A stretch of DNA of 27,798 nt from NCBI GenBank assembly GCA_026986575.1, contig JALSOH010000010.1, positions 1 to 27,798 of the forward strand. The letters run 5' to 3'. The notes under the pieces were generated by a model. The model was not told where the DNA came from. It did not search any database and saw only the letters and a program-made list of their open reading frames with translations. The translations under genes and the position numbers were made by a program. This document shows positions 27,670 through 27,798 of this stretch, one piece after another. Source of the stretch: Thermoproteota archaeon (GTDB taxonomy: Archaea; Korarchaeota; Korarchaeia; Korarchaeales; Korarchaeaceae). How positions within the stretch are numbered: the first letter of the stretch is position 1; the number at the start of each line of letters is the position of its first letter.

Positions 27670-27798
27670 CACGGCCACCTGCCCTCAGGAACATCCTCAC
27701 GGCCTCCTCGTCCCCCTCATCCACGACCAACGGATTCAGCCTCTCGTCCACGCCGACTGCGACCTCCATGACCCTCATCACATCCTCCTGATCCGCCC
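27647..27798 (-). CDS. C-terminus of a probable minimal nucleotidyltransferase, truncated by the window edge
   Basis: Manual translation ADQEDVMRVMEVAVGVDERLNPLVVDEG...VTEG*. Overlaps the HEPN start, as in typical MNT-HEPN pairs. Confidence 0.55.
   Translation of the reverse strand, partial: ADQEDVMRVMEVAVGVDERLNPLVVDEGDEEAVRMFLRAGGRDVKVTEG

Overview
Archaeal sequence; AGG/ATA-rich codons, TATA/GGTGA signals and gene families suggest a thermophilic TACK-type lineage (inference). Most of the window is a type III-B CRISPR-Cas locus. A complete cmr2(cas10)-cmr3-cmr4-cmr5-cmr6-cmr1 operon lies on the minus strand (9092-17667), divergent from a 9-repeat array (17933-18610). The ORF track misses a second, divergent cas10/cmr2 running off the left edge (1-1441, minus). 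There is also a second cmr1-like gene and a 3-repeat mini-array (2462-2660). The mini-array repeat differs from the main repeat but keeps the same hairpin through compensatory changes and has a positionally homologous leader. The full-length Cas10 has AGDE instead of GGDD. The neighbouring Csx1 is oversized with a non-canonical CARF motif, and is coupled to an unknown 562-aa protein that may be a CorA-like soluble domain fused to a winged HTH. A structured non-coding region (7142-7484) follows. No cas1, cas2 or cas6 is visible. The right third holds a coiled-coil PD-(D/E)XK protein, a MoaD/SAMP gene, a decaying TIM-barrel/helicase pair, a membrane protein, an AAA_14-type ATPase and a HEPN/MNT-like pair.
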